Of a DNA stretch of 64,000 nt, positions 39,456-48,582 are shown one piece after another. This DNA is from Rikenellaceae bacterium (lineage in GTDB: Bacteria > Bacteroidota > Bacteroidia > Bacteroidales > Rikenellaceae). Location of the stretch: positions 5,198 to 69,197 of the forward strand of contig JBCQWE010000007.1 of NCBI GenBank assembly GCA_047172505.1, in the 5' to 3' direction. Every line of letters begins with the position of its first letter. Position 1 is the stretch's first letter. The notes beneath the pieces were generated by a model. The model had not been told where the DNA came from, ran no database searches, and saw only the letters and a list, made by a program, of their open reading frames with translations. The translations under genes were made by a program, and so were the position numbers.

Positions 39456-40907
39456 CTACTCCGCGCCCTGGGTTTTGATCTCCTGGAGCGATTTTTCGTT
39501 GGGTCGAAGTGGATTGTTTGCCTTGATGTACTCTTCGAGGGTTGTTGTGATTAGGGTCTCGCTGATTTTTCCATTGGTGTAACTCAGTCCTTTATACGTC
39601 TTGAAGATGTAGTCCCCCATCGCCACCTTGTAGCTTTTCGTGGTATCCAATTCGTGGAAGATGACATCCACCGCATCGCCGCTATCGTCGACAAGGATCG
39701 TGTAGGGGGTAGTCATCACAAGGTCGATGCAGTGTGCCTCGCCAACGTTTCGTGTGTCGTTGAATTTAGCCATCACTAGGTCTCGAAGCTGCCCTACAGA
39801 CATCGTTGCCGTTGCAATGTAAGAGTTGAAAGGTTCGGCGTTGAGCACCGTCGCCATGCTGATGCTGCCTGCATCGAGTTGCTTCACCCTGACTCCGCCT
39901 TGGTGGTATACACCAATTGCAGAGTTGCTCCTCTTGCGGATAGACTCGGCAAAAAGATTCTTTAGCGCCATGTGGCTAAACTCCTGCGCGGCACTTCCAA
40001 TGGGCTCATTGAGGTGGGGGTTGTTGTGGTACTCTTCGACCATCTCCAATACCTCCGCCTTGGGTTCGTACTCCTTGAGCGGGATGTTGCGGTGTGTGAG
40101 TATAACCTCACCATCGGCTTTGATGGTGACCATCGTTGCACCAATATTTTCAAGTCTGCTGCCCGTTTGCGAGATCAAAATGCCATTTTCGACCTGATCG
40201 GCAGTGTCGTGGCTATGCCCACTGATGATATGGTCGTAACCTCCCGAAAGTTCGCTCTGTGCAAACTCCACATCGCGCTCCAAGCCACAGTGGCTCACTA
40301 AAACCAACATGTCGCACTTCTGACGCAATGAGCCATATTGTGCAGCGGTGGTGTGTGGGTCGAGGAATCGGAGTCCCTGATAACTCTCGCTCTTTCCCGA
40401 GGGGTGATTATCGCCGTCGTAGTTGCCCACTATGCCAACAAAAGCGATTTTTTTGCCCTCAACATCGACGATATAGTGCGACAAAGGTTGCGGAAACGAG
40501 GTGGTGTCACTGACGATGTTCGCCCCAATAATCGGGAATTTAGCCTGGCGATTTGCCTCGGCAACATAGGCTTGGCCCTTGTCGAATTCGTGGTTTCCAT
40601 AGATAGTGACATCGTAGCCCAAGTAGTTAAACATCGTGTAGATGGGCGTGTAATGCTCAACCAAATCAACAAAAGCATTGCCAGTCCAACGGTCACCCGC
40701 ATCGACTAAAATAACGTTTGTCGTGTCGCGACACGCCTCAATTGCCGAGGCCAAGGAGGCAAAATTATCTATTTGAGCATGAATATCGTTGGTCGACAAA
40801 ATCACAAAGTGACGTGCCGAACGCTCGCCCCTATTTACTATGATGCCAAAGAGTAGCAGCAGTGAAGCCGAGATCAAAAGTAGCGCTAGCTTAGTTAGTT
40901 TAGTCAT
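39456..40907 (-). CDS. 5'-nucleotidase / UDP-sugar hydrolase family metallophosphoesterase
   Basis: TNDIH, DAGD, GNHEFD, SHCG, GHSH, GGVR; N-terminal anchor. Confidence 0.92.
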   Translation of the reverse strand: MTKLTKLALLLISASLLLLFGIIVNRGERSARHFVILSTNDIHAQIDNFASLASAIEACRDTTNVILVDAGDRWTGNAFVDLVEHYTPIYTMFNYLGYDVTIYGNHEFDKGQAYVAEANRQAKFPIIGANIVSDTTSFPQPLSHYIVDVEGKKIAFVGIVGNYDGDNHPSGKSESYQGLRFLDPHTTAAQYGSLRQKCDMLVLVSHCGLERDVEFAQSELSGGYDHIISGHSHDTADQVENGILISQTGSRLENIGATMVTIKADGEVILTHRNIPLKEYEPKAEVLEMVEEYHNNPHLNEPIGSAAQEFSHMALKNLFAESIRKRSNSAIGVYHQGGVRVKQLDAGSISMATVLNAEPFNSYIATATMSVGQLRDLVMAKFNDTRNVGEAHCIDLVMTTPYTILVDDSGDAVDVIFHELDTTKSYKVAMGDYIFKTYKGLSYTNGKISETLITTTLEEYIKANNPLRPNEKSLQEIKTQGAE

Positions 40908-41013
40908 CGAATTATATTTTTAGTTTATTGCACAAAGATAAACTTTTTTGCCGAGTTGGACAAATTGTTTTGTGGTAGCTTTTAGGGCAACCGCACGAAA
41001 AATAATTTACTAT

Positions 41014-41253
41014 TTTACGATTATTGGGCTTAGAGCTTTGCTCAATATCGAGTAGCAGTGATTGATTATATAAATACATAATAATTAGTATGTTATGTTC
41101 GATCACCACCCCCGACCCCTCCTCGCTCAGCGCTATTCCTCCCTGCGGTCGGGCACCTCGCTAGTAGGAGGGGAGTTCCGAAGGTATGCCTTCGGCATAG
41201 GGTTATTAGTTTTGTTTCTTGAAAGTCTCAGAGGTTTCAGTAAGTCTCAGAAA
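41014..41253 (-). repeat. Modular repeat family C, right copy (inverted)
   Basis: Reverse complement matches 37854-37969 with about 6 differences in about 116 nt, plus shared CTGCTACTCGATATTG and GAGCAAAGCTCTAAGCCCAATAATCG blocks. Confidence 0.88.
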
Positions 41254-41395
41254 GATGATAGCAAAAAAAACTTTTTTTCGTGCGTTTGCCCTAAAAATTA
41301 CGCTCCCGTAAATTGGATCAAGTTTACTTGAAATCCAACTTAAGGGAGCATAATATTTGTCAAGCGCTTTAAGTGCTTGATCTTAAAGAGAATGG

Positions 41396-42154
41396 TTAAG
41401 CTTTGAAGCCCTTGCCAATTCCCATGAAGTCGTCAGCTACCAACGCAGCACCACCGATAAGACCACCGTCTACGTTTGGTTTTGCGAAGATCTCCTCAGC
41501 GTTTGAAGGCTTACATGAACCACCGTAAAGGATTGCTGTGTTTTCAGCCGCAGCGCCGAACTTCGAAGCCAACACCTCGCGGATATATGCGTGGATCTCT
41601 TCAGCCTGGTCAGCAGATGCTGTAAGACCTGTTCCGATAGCCCAAACTGGCTCGTATGCGATAACAAGAGTTGCGAATTGCTCCTCGGTAAGACCGAAAA
41701 CAACCTCCTCGATTTGAGCCTTAACTACGTCGAAGTATGTGCCATTCTCACGCTCTTCCTTCACCTCACCTACGCAGTAGATTGGAGTTAGGCCGTTAGC
41801 GTAAACTTGAGCGATCTTCTTGTTAAGAGTCTCAGAAGTCTCACCGTAGTACTCTCTGCGCTCAGAGTGGCCCAAGATAACATACTCGCAACCAAGCTCA
41901 GCGATCATCGAAGCTGCAACCTCACCAGTGTAAGCACCTTTGGTCTCAGCAGCACAGTTTTGTGCACCTACAGCAACACCTGTACCTTTAAGCACCTCAG
42001 CTACAGCTGCGATGTGTGTGAATGGAGGACATACGATGAAGTTTACGCATGAACATACGCTCTCTTTGCCAGCTGCTACAGCCTTAGCAAGTGCCACACC
42101 TTCCGATGGAAGAGTGTTCATTTTCCAGTTTCCTGCAACGATTTTCTTTCTCAT
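41396..42154 (-). CDS. tpiA: Triosephosphate isomerase
   Basis: AGNWKMN, GHSERR, AYEPVWAIGTG, YGGS, GGLIGGA. Confidence 0.98.
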   Translation of the reverse strand: MRKKIVAGNWKMNTLPSEGVALAKAVAAGKESVCSCVNFIVCPPFTHIAAVAEVLKGTGVAVGAQNCAAETKGAYTGEVAASMIAELGCEYVILGHSERREYYGETSETLNKKIAQVYANGLTPIYCVGEVKEERENGTYFDVVKAQIEEVVFGLTEEQFATLVIAYEPVWAIGTGLTASADQAEEIHAYIREVLASKFGAAAENTAILYGGSCKPSNAEEIFAKPNVDGGLIGGAALVADDFMGIGKGFKA

Positions 42155-42255
42155 TGTTCTGTTTTTTATTGTATTCTAAAATTTGGTTTGTTAAAACTCT
42201 TTTATCTTTCAGGATCCCCCTCTCTCTCTTTTCTGCGTGAGGAGTACCCCATCAG

Positions 42256-42316
42256 GTCATTGCGGACTTGATCCGCAATCTCATTTTTGAGATCCTGAAT
42301 CAAGTTCAGGATGACG
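42256..42316. repeat. Inverted REP heterodoublet between lysS and tpiA
   Basis: GTCATTGCGGACTTGATCCGCAATCTC-ATTTTT-GAGATCCTGAATCAAGTTCAGGATGACG. Confidence 0.88.
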
Positions 42317-42361
42317 ACGTATGAAAATAGTATCGACTAAATAACTCGATATATAATTTCG

Positions 42362-44080
42362 TTACTCGCACCACCCCTTAACCACGTCGATCGAGGGAGC
42401 TTTGAGTCCTAGTTTGTTCTTTTTGTTGAATCCGCACATCTGGTTGAAGAATTTGCCACCCTCCAACTTTTTGAGCGACTCCACGGTGATGTAACCCATC
42501 TTCTGGATCGGCTCCACCCACTCTTCGGGTACTCCTATCGCGGTGTAAGCCTCCACAGGGTCGTTCACCACGCGCTTTTCGGGGCGCATTTGTGGGAAGA
42601 ACAACACATCCTGGATCGACGACTCGTTGGTCATAAACATCGTCAGGCGGTCGATGCCGATACCCATTCCCGAGCACGAAGGCATTCCATATTCCAATGC
42701 GCGCACGAAATCCATATCGATAAACATCGCCTCGTCGTCGCCCTTCTCTGACAATTTGAGCTGCTCTTGGAAGCGCGCAAGTTGGTCGATTGGGTCGTTG
42801 AGCTCCGAGTAGGCGTTGCAAAGCTCCTTACCATTAACAAAGAGTTCGAAACGCTCCGTGAGGTCGGGGTTCGAGCGGTGGCGCTTACAAAGTGGCGACA
42901 TGTCGATTGGGTAGTCGATGATAAATGTTGGTTGGATGAGCTCCTCCTCGCAGAATTCACCAAAGAGAGCATCGATGAGTTTGCCCTTGCCGAAGGTCTC
43001 GTCGACCTCGACGTTGTGCTCCTTGCACGCTGCGTGCAACTCCTCTTCGCTCTTGCCTGTGATGTCGAAACCTGTCTTTTCTTTGATGGCATCGGTCATT
43101 GAGAGACGACGGAATGGAGCCTTGAACGAGATCTGACGATCACCAATTGTGAGCTCCGTGGTGCCGTTAGTCGCCAAAGCTACCTTCTCGAGCATCGTCT
43201 CGACGAACTCCATCATCCACAGATAATCTTTGTAGGCAACGTAGATCTCCATCACCGTAAATTCGGGGTTGTGCGTGCGGTCCATACCCTCGTTGCGGAA
43301 GTCCTTGCCAAATTCGTAGACTCCGTCGAAGCCTCCCACGATAAGTTTTTTGAGGTATAACTCGTTGGCAATACGCAAGTAAAGCGGCATGTCGAGCGTG
43401 TTGTGGTGGGTGATAAACGGACGAGCCGAAGCGCCACCAGGGATTGGTTGTAGGATTGGAGTCTCCACTTCGAGATAGCCCTTTGAATTGAAGAATTCGC
43501 GCATCGTAGCGATAATCTTGGCACGCTTTACAAACACCTCACGCACTTCGGGGTTAACCACCAAGTCGACATAGCGTTGGCGGTAGCGCACCTCGGGGTC
43601 GGTGAATGCGTCGAATACCTTACCATCCTTCTCCTTGACGATCGGAAGTGGGCGGATAGATTTCGAAAGTATGGTGTATTTGCGGCAGTGAACCGAAAGT
43701 TCGCCTGTGTTGGTGCGGAACGCAAAGCCCTCGACACCAACGAAATCGCCTATATCTAATAGCTTCTTAAAGACTGTGTTGTAGAGCGTAGGATCTCCCT
43801 CGGGGCACACGTCGTCGCGACGGATATAGACCTGGATACGACCCGTGTGGTCTTGAATTTCGAAGAATGCCGCAGAACCCATAATGCGGCGTGTCATGAT
43901 ACGGCCAGCTATTGTAATCTCCTGAAACTCTTCGGGTTTAGAGTCGAAGTTTGCGGTGATCTGCTCTGCTGTTGTGCTTACCTCGTAACGGGCTGCTGGA
44001 TAGGGCTCTATGCCCAAGTTGCGAAGCGCCTCTAATGATTGACGGCGCAAAATTTCCTGTTCGCTGAGTTCAATGCTCAT
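42362..44080 (-). CDS. lysS: Lysine-tRNA ligase (class II)
   Basis: [40 protein letters not shown]. Confidence 0.98.
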   Translation of the reverse strand: MSIELSEQEILRRQSLEALRNLGIEPYPAARYEVSTTAEQITANFDSKPEEFQEITIAGRIMTRRIMGSAAFFEIQDHTGRIQVYIRRDDVCPEGDPTLYNTVFKKLLDIGDFVGVEGFAFRTNTGELSVHCRKYTILSKSIRPLPIVKEKDGKVFDAFTDPEVRYRQRYVDLVVNPEVREVFVKRAKIIATMREFFNSKGYLEVETPILQPIPGGASARPFITHHNTLDMPLYLRIANELYLKKLIVGGFDGVYEFGKDFRNEGMDRTHNPEFTVMEIYVAYKDYLWMMEFVETMLEKVALATNGTTELTIGDRQISFKAPFRRLSMTDAIKEKTGFDITGKSEEELHAACKEHNVEVDETFGKGKLIDALFGEFCEEELIQPTFIIDYPIDMSPLCKRHRSNPDLTERFELFVNGKELCNAYSELNDPIDQLARFQEQLKLSEKGDDEAMFIDMDFVRALEYGMPSCSGMGIGIDRLTMFMTNESSIQDVLFFPQMRPEKRVVNDPVEAYTAIGVPEEWVEPIQKMGYITVESLKKLEGGKFFNQMCGFNKKNKLGLKAPSIDVVKGWCE

Positions 44081-44176
44081 ACTATCTTCTTGTTTATTAA
44101 TTACATTTTAACCTCGCAAATTTACAAAATAAATTTTAATAAAAATATTTTATAACGATTTTTATGGGGCAAAGGT

Positions 44177-44354
44177 GCGAAAATCTCGCTTGCTATACTC
44201 TGCCGCCACTCTCTCATTGTCCTTACGGCGGGCGGCTGCCAGGCTAGCCTGGACACAAAAACCTTTGGTTTTTGACTTTTGTTGCGCCGATGTGTGAGGC
44301 TTCGCCTTGCGATATATGAATTGCAATGAGCTTTTGAAAGTGAGCTTTCAACGC
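44177..44354 (-). repeat. Multi-hairpin dispersed repeat, family B, copy 3 (lacks one terminal hairpin)
   Basis: GAAAATCTCGCTTGCT end, CCAGGCTAGCCTGG, AAAAACCTTTGGTTTTT, TGTGTGAGGCTTCGCC, TGAAAGTGAGCTTTCA. Confidence 0.85.
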
Positions 44355-44481
44355 TCCCGACCAGGCGCTCCCATTTTTTATGTGTAAAAAGTGGAAAATA
44401 TTGTTAAAGTGTAATTTATTTTACTTATATTTGTTATAGATTATAATCAAAAACCTAAAATAACCAAATAGAACAAAAGCT

Positions 44482-45816
44482 ATGAATGTTAAAAACTTAA
44501 TGTCTGAGCTAGAGCGCAAGCACCCCGCCGAGAGCGAGTACCTACAAGCGGTGCACGAAGTGTTGACAACTGTGGAGGAGGTTTACAATCTTCACCCCGA
44601 ATTCCGCGCCTTGAAGATCGCCGAGCGCATTGTGGAGCCCGACCGCATCTTCACCTTCAAGGTGGTGTGGGTCGACGATGCGGGGGTGCCCCAAGTAAAT
44701 TTGGGCTACCGCGTACAATTCAACAATGCCATTGGCCCTTACAAGGGTGGTCTGCGCTTCCACCCTTCGGTGAATCTCTCGATTCTTAAATTCTTGGGCT
44801 TCGAGCAGACATTCAAAAATGCCCTTACGACGTTGCCTATGGGTGGCGCAAAGGGAGGTTCGGACTTTAATCCCAAGGGGAAATCTGATGGTGAGGTGAT
44901 GCGTTTCTGCCAAGCCTTCATGACCGAATTGTGGCGACACATAGGACCCGAGACCGATGTACCTGCGGGCGATATTGGCGTTGGAGCGCGCGAAATTGGC
45001 TACCTCTACGGCATGTACCGCAAACTTGCGCGCGAGAACACAGGAGTGCTCACAGGTAAGGGGATGACCTACGGCGGATCGCTCATTCGACCCGAAGCTA
45101 CGGGCTACGGTGCGGTCTACTTCCTACAAAATATGTTGGATGCGTGCGGCGGTAGCCTCGCGGGGAAGGTGATCTCGCTCTCGGGCTTCGGCAATGTCGC
45201 GTGGGGAGCAGCTAAGAAGGCTACCGAGCTAGGTGCTAAGGTGGTAACGATCTCGGGTCCCGATGGTTACATCTACGACCCTGCGGGTCTCGACTCCGAG
45301 AAGATCGAATACCTGCTCGACCTGCGCGCCACAAACAACGATGTTGTTGAGCCTTACGCGGAGGAGTTCCCTGGTTCTACGTTCTACGCTGGAGAGAAGC
45401 CTTGGGGCGTGAAGGTCGATATTGCGATGCCTTGCGCAACCCAAAACGAGCTGGGTGGCGACGATGCTAAGGAGCTAATTGCCAACGGAGTGCAGATCGT
45501 AGCCGAAGTTTCGAACATGGGTTGCACCCCCGAAGCTATCGAGGCGCTACTTGCCGCCAAGGTGCTCTACGGCCCTGGCAAAGCAGTTAACGCGGGCGGC
45601 GTGGCAACCTCGGGATTGGAGATGACCCAAAACTCGATGAAGCTCAACTGGACAGCCGAGGAGGTCGATGCGAAACTGCACCACATAATGAGCTCGATCC
45701 ATAGCGCATGCGTGGAGTACGGCACCGAGGGCACCTACATTAATTATATGAAGGGTGCCAACATCGCAGGATTCATCAAAGTTGCCAAGAGCATGGTCGA
45801 ACAGGGGGTTTTGTAA
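44482..45816 (+). CDS. gdhA: Glutamate dehydrogenase
   Basis: GPYKGGLRFH, MGGAKGG, DVPAGDIG, RPEATGYG, GFGNV, NAGGVATS; -7 box TATATTTG at 44426-44433. Confidence 0.97.
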   Translation: MNVKNLMSELERKHPAESEYLQAVHEVLTTVEEVYNLHPEFRALKIAERIVEPDRIFTFKVVWVDDAGVPQVNLGYRVQFNNAIGPYKGGLRFHPSVNLSILKFLGFEQTFKNALTTLPMGGAKGGSDFNPKGKSDGEVMRFCQAFMTELWRHIGPETDVPAGDIGVGAREIGYLYGMYRKLARENTGVLTGKGMTYGGSLIRPEATGYGAVYFLQNMLDACGGSLAGKVISLSGFGNVAWGAAKKATELGAKVVTISGPDGYIYDPAGLDSEKIEYLLDLRATNNDVVEPYAEEFPGSTFYAGEKPWGVKVDIAMPCATQNELGGDDAKELIANGVQIVAEVSNMGCTPEAIEALLAAKVLYGPGKAVNAGGVATSGLEMTQNSMKLNWTAEEVDAKLHHIMSSIHSACVEYGTEGTYINYMKGANIAGFIKVAKSMVEQGVL

Positions 45817-45850
45817 TATCTATAAAACAGCTTGCTTATTGTCTCCGACG

Positions 45851-45887
45851 GTCTCAGTAAAGTCTCAGTAAATTCTCAGCAAACCCC
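45851..45887 (-). repeat. CTGAG 11-mer array between convergent genes
   Basis: Minus strand reads TAA-GGGGTTTG-CTGAGAATTTA-CTGAGACTTTA-CTGAGAC. Confidence 0.7.
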
Positions 45888-46658
45888 TTAAGCCACAGAA
45901 CACTCAACACCCAGAGCCTTCACCCTTTGGGCGATCGCCCCCAACTCTTCGCGCCTAACTTTTTCGAGTGTTTGGCAAGGGGTGTCGCGGTCGATCGAGT
46001 AGACCATAACGGCTTTGGGGGCGATCTTGGCGATTAGGGCGAGCCACCCTTCGACTGCTTCTGCGGTTGTGTTGTCGATGCACTCGCCGTCGCACTCGCC
46101 GCGTAGGAACATGCTCTGAACGGTTAGTTGCCCCTTGAATAGTAACATGTTATCGACCACCTCCTCGACAGAATAGTCGCCTTGGGGGTGGTTGATTGCT
46201 TTCGCTGCGGGGGTTGTTGCGGCATCGAGCTTTAGGATGTTGTTGTCGACCAACAAAAGCGCCTTTCTCACAGAGGCAACACCGATGCGGGTTGCGTTGC
46301 TGAGCACCGAGACCTTGGCGCTAGGCACAATGGCATCGCGCAGGGCAATCGTCTCCTCGATAATCTCCTCGAAGTGGGGGTGCAAGGTGGGCTCGCCATT
46401 GCCCGCAAAGGTTATAACGTCGGGAATCTGACCTTGGCTCACCATTTCGCGCAACTTCACCTCAAGCGTAGAGATCACATCCTCCTTGGAGTTGAAGCGT
46501 CCGCTCCCGCGGCGCTCGGCATTCCAACCACATTCGCAATATATGCAGTCGAAGTTACATAGCTTAGAGTCTGTAGGAAGCAGATTTACCCCCAACGAGA
46601 GCCCCAAACGACGAGAGTTGACGGGGCCGAAAATAATATCTGAAAATAGTGCTGTCAT
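45888..46658 (-). CDS. Radical SAM protein (TYW1-like family)
   Basis: GPVNSRRLGLSLG, CNFDCIYC, GNGEPTLHP. Confidence 0.88.
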   Translation of the reverse strand: MTALFSDIIFGPVNSRRLGLSLGVNLLPTDSKLCNFDCIYCECGWNAERRGSGRFNSKEDVISTLEVKLREMVSQGQIPDVITFAGNGEPTLHPHFEEIIEETIALRDAIVPSAKVSVLSNATRIGVASVRKALLLVDNNILKLDAATTPAAKAINHPQGDYSVEEVVDNMLLFKGQLTVQSMFLRGECDGECIDNTTAEAVEGWLALIAKIAPKAVMVYSIDRDTPCQTLEKVRREELGAIAQRVKALGVECSVA

Positions 46659-46692
46659 GGTGAAAGTTGGCTGTTTGTTGTGGTTTATTTAT

Positions 46693-46721
46693 GAGATTGC
46701 GGTTCGTGGGCCGCAATGACG
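46693..46721. repeat. Single REP palindrome
   Basis: GAGATTGCGGTTCGTGGGCCGCAATGACG. Confidence 0.8.
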
Positions 46722-46734
46722 AAGTGGGGCTGCA

Positions 46735-47127
46735 CTAATCGTACTCCTCCGAGAAGTCGCCCATAAGTGAGTCGATCTCGCGCCGCTCCTTCTTTGTCGG
46801 TCGCCCTGTGCCGCGGTCGCGCACTACGAAAACGGTTTCGCGCGGTGCGTTGAGCTTGTCTAACTCCTCTTGCGGGGTGATATTGATGCAGTAGGGCTCC
46901 ACATTTTTTGCTCCTTGGCGGCTCGAAACCAGGTCGAGAACCTTGTAGCGGTAGACCACAGGCATCTTCTTAACACTGATAACGTCGCCCACCTTCATCT
47001 CGCGCGAAGGCTTGCAGAAGGCATCGTTGACCAAAACGCGGTTGTTGCGCACGGCATCGGCGGCATCGCTGCGGGTCTTGAAGATGCGCACTGCCCAGAG
47101 GTACTTGTCGATTCTAACGGAGGTCAT
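46735..47127 (-). CDS. hslR: S4-domain RNA-binding protein Hsp15
   Basis: RIDKYLWAVRIFKTRS, GRPTKKERR. Confidence 0.92.
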   Translation of the reverse strand: MTSVRIDKYLWAVRIFKTRSDAADAVRNNRVLVNDAFCKPSREMKVGDVISVKKMPVVYRYKVLDLVSSRQGAKNVEPYCINITPQEELDKLNAPRETVFVVRDRGTGRPTKKERREIDSLMGDFSEEYD

Positions 47128-47133
47128 AACATG

Positions 47134-48582
47134 TTAAATTTGAAGTGATTGGTCGCGGTGCGAAAAGGAGTCGAGTCGAATGGCGATGAATATTAGAACT
47201 GTAAATGCCACTAGCGACGAACCTCCATAGCTCATAAAGGGCAGTGGAATACCCATCACGGGCATAAGACCGATGGTCATGCCCACATTGACCAAGACGT
47301 GGAAAAGTAGGATCGAGGCCACGGCATAGCAGTAGACCCTGGCGAAGGCCTCCTCCTGCCGCTCGCCCATATATATTAATCGCAAGATGAGCCCCGCGAA
47401 GAGGAGCAGCACCACCAAGGCCCCAAGAAAGCCCCACTCTTCGCCCAGCGAGCAGAATATAAAGTCGGTATGTCGCTCAGGCACAAAGCCGTAGCGGATC
47501 TGTGTACCCTGCAAAAAGCCCTTTCCAGTGAATCCTCCCGAACCGATCGCGATTTTCGACTGGTTGACGTTGTAGCCCGTGCCAAGTGGGTCGTCGACAA
47601 GGCCGAGGAACGTGAGGATGCGTTTTTGCTGGTGATCTTGGAGTATCGAGTTGAAGATATAGTCGGTGGTGGGCAAAAAGATCATCGTCAAAAGGAACAT
47701 CGCAACCATAATTAGGGTTGTGGTGAGTCGTTTGCGGAACGCGTAGATCACCACAACGGGCAACGAAAGCATCGAGACCCACAAAAGCGAGCTAAAGAGC
47801 GAGAGCGGATTATCGGCAAAGAGGTACGAGATGAGCTGCACGACGATGGTGACCATCATAAGTGCCGCCAGGTAAGCGGCGTTGGTGCACCAAGTGCGGT
47901 TTATCATCACATCGCAGAGCGTGAGCACTCCAATCGAGAGCATCAGCAGCATAATTGGCGAGAGGAGAAACGAGATGATAAAGAGAAAGACGATGAGCAA
48001 AATAGGGATTATCAGCCACTTGTTGAGCCCTTCGCGGTAGAGCACAATAATAAATGAGCCCAAGACAATTCCCGAACCTGTGTCGTTCTGCAACACAATT
48101 ATCATCAGTGGCAACAGCAGTACGGCGGCCACCTTGAACATGTCGCTGCGATTATTTATCGAAAAATTATAGTCGCACATCACGCGTGCCGTGGCCAATG
48201 CCGTGGTGATCTTGGCGATCTCGACAGGCTGCATGGTGAACGACCCGAAGCCCAACCAGGCGCGGGCACCGTTGACCTCCTTGCCTATGCCTGGCACAAA
48301 GGTCAGCAGCAGCAGTAAAATACCAAATCCGTAGAGTGGATAGGCATATTTGTGGAACGAGCTAACGTCGAGCAGCAGCACAAAGGTGGCAGCCATAAAG
48401 GCGACAAAAGCCCAAATTGCCTGCTTGACGTAGAAGTGCGAGAAGGCGAAAAAGTTGGTCGACGCTTCGTCGTACGACGACGAGACAACGCTCAACACTC
48501 CCGCCACCACCAACGCGATGTAGAGCAGCACGGCAATGGGGTCGGTACCCACAAATAGGTTTAGAGCGCGGTTATTTCGCAT
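47134..48582 (-). CDS. rodA: Rod shape-determining protein RodA
   Basis: GARAW, QPVEIAK, GYNVNQSKIAIGSGG, PERHTDFIF, GIPLPFMSYGGSS. Confidence 0.96.
   Translation of the reverse strand: MRNNRALNLFVGTDPIAVLLYIALVVAGVLSVVSSSYDEASTNFFAFSHFYVKQAIWAFVAFMAATFVLLLDVSSFHKYAYPLYGFGILLLLLTFVPGIGKEVNGARAWLGFGSFTMQPVEIAKITTALATARVMCDYNFSINNRSDMFKVAAVLLLPLMIIVLQNDTGSGIVLGSFIIVLYREGLNKWLIIPILLIVFLFIISFLLSPIMLLMLSIGVLTLCDVMINRTWCTNAAYLAALMMVTIVVQLISYLFADNPLSLFSSLLWVSMLSLPVVVIYAFRKRLTTTLIMVAMFLLTMIFLPTTDYIFNSILQDHQQKRILTFLGLVDDPLGTGYNVNQSKIAIGSGGFTGKGFLQGTQIRYGFVPERHTDFIFCSLGEEWGFLGALVVLLLFAGLILRLIYMGERQEEAFARVYCYAVASILLFHVLVNVGMTIGLMPVMGIPLPFMSYGGSSLVAFTVLIFIAIRLDSFSHRDQSLQI

Noticed and set aside
41095-41331. 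Small ORFs over repeats (also 37903-38103, 30918-31142, 16978-17207)
   Set aside because: They lie on repeat DNA and are not preserved as ORFs between copies.
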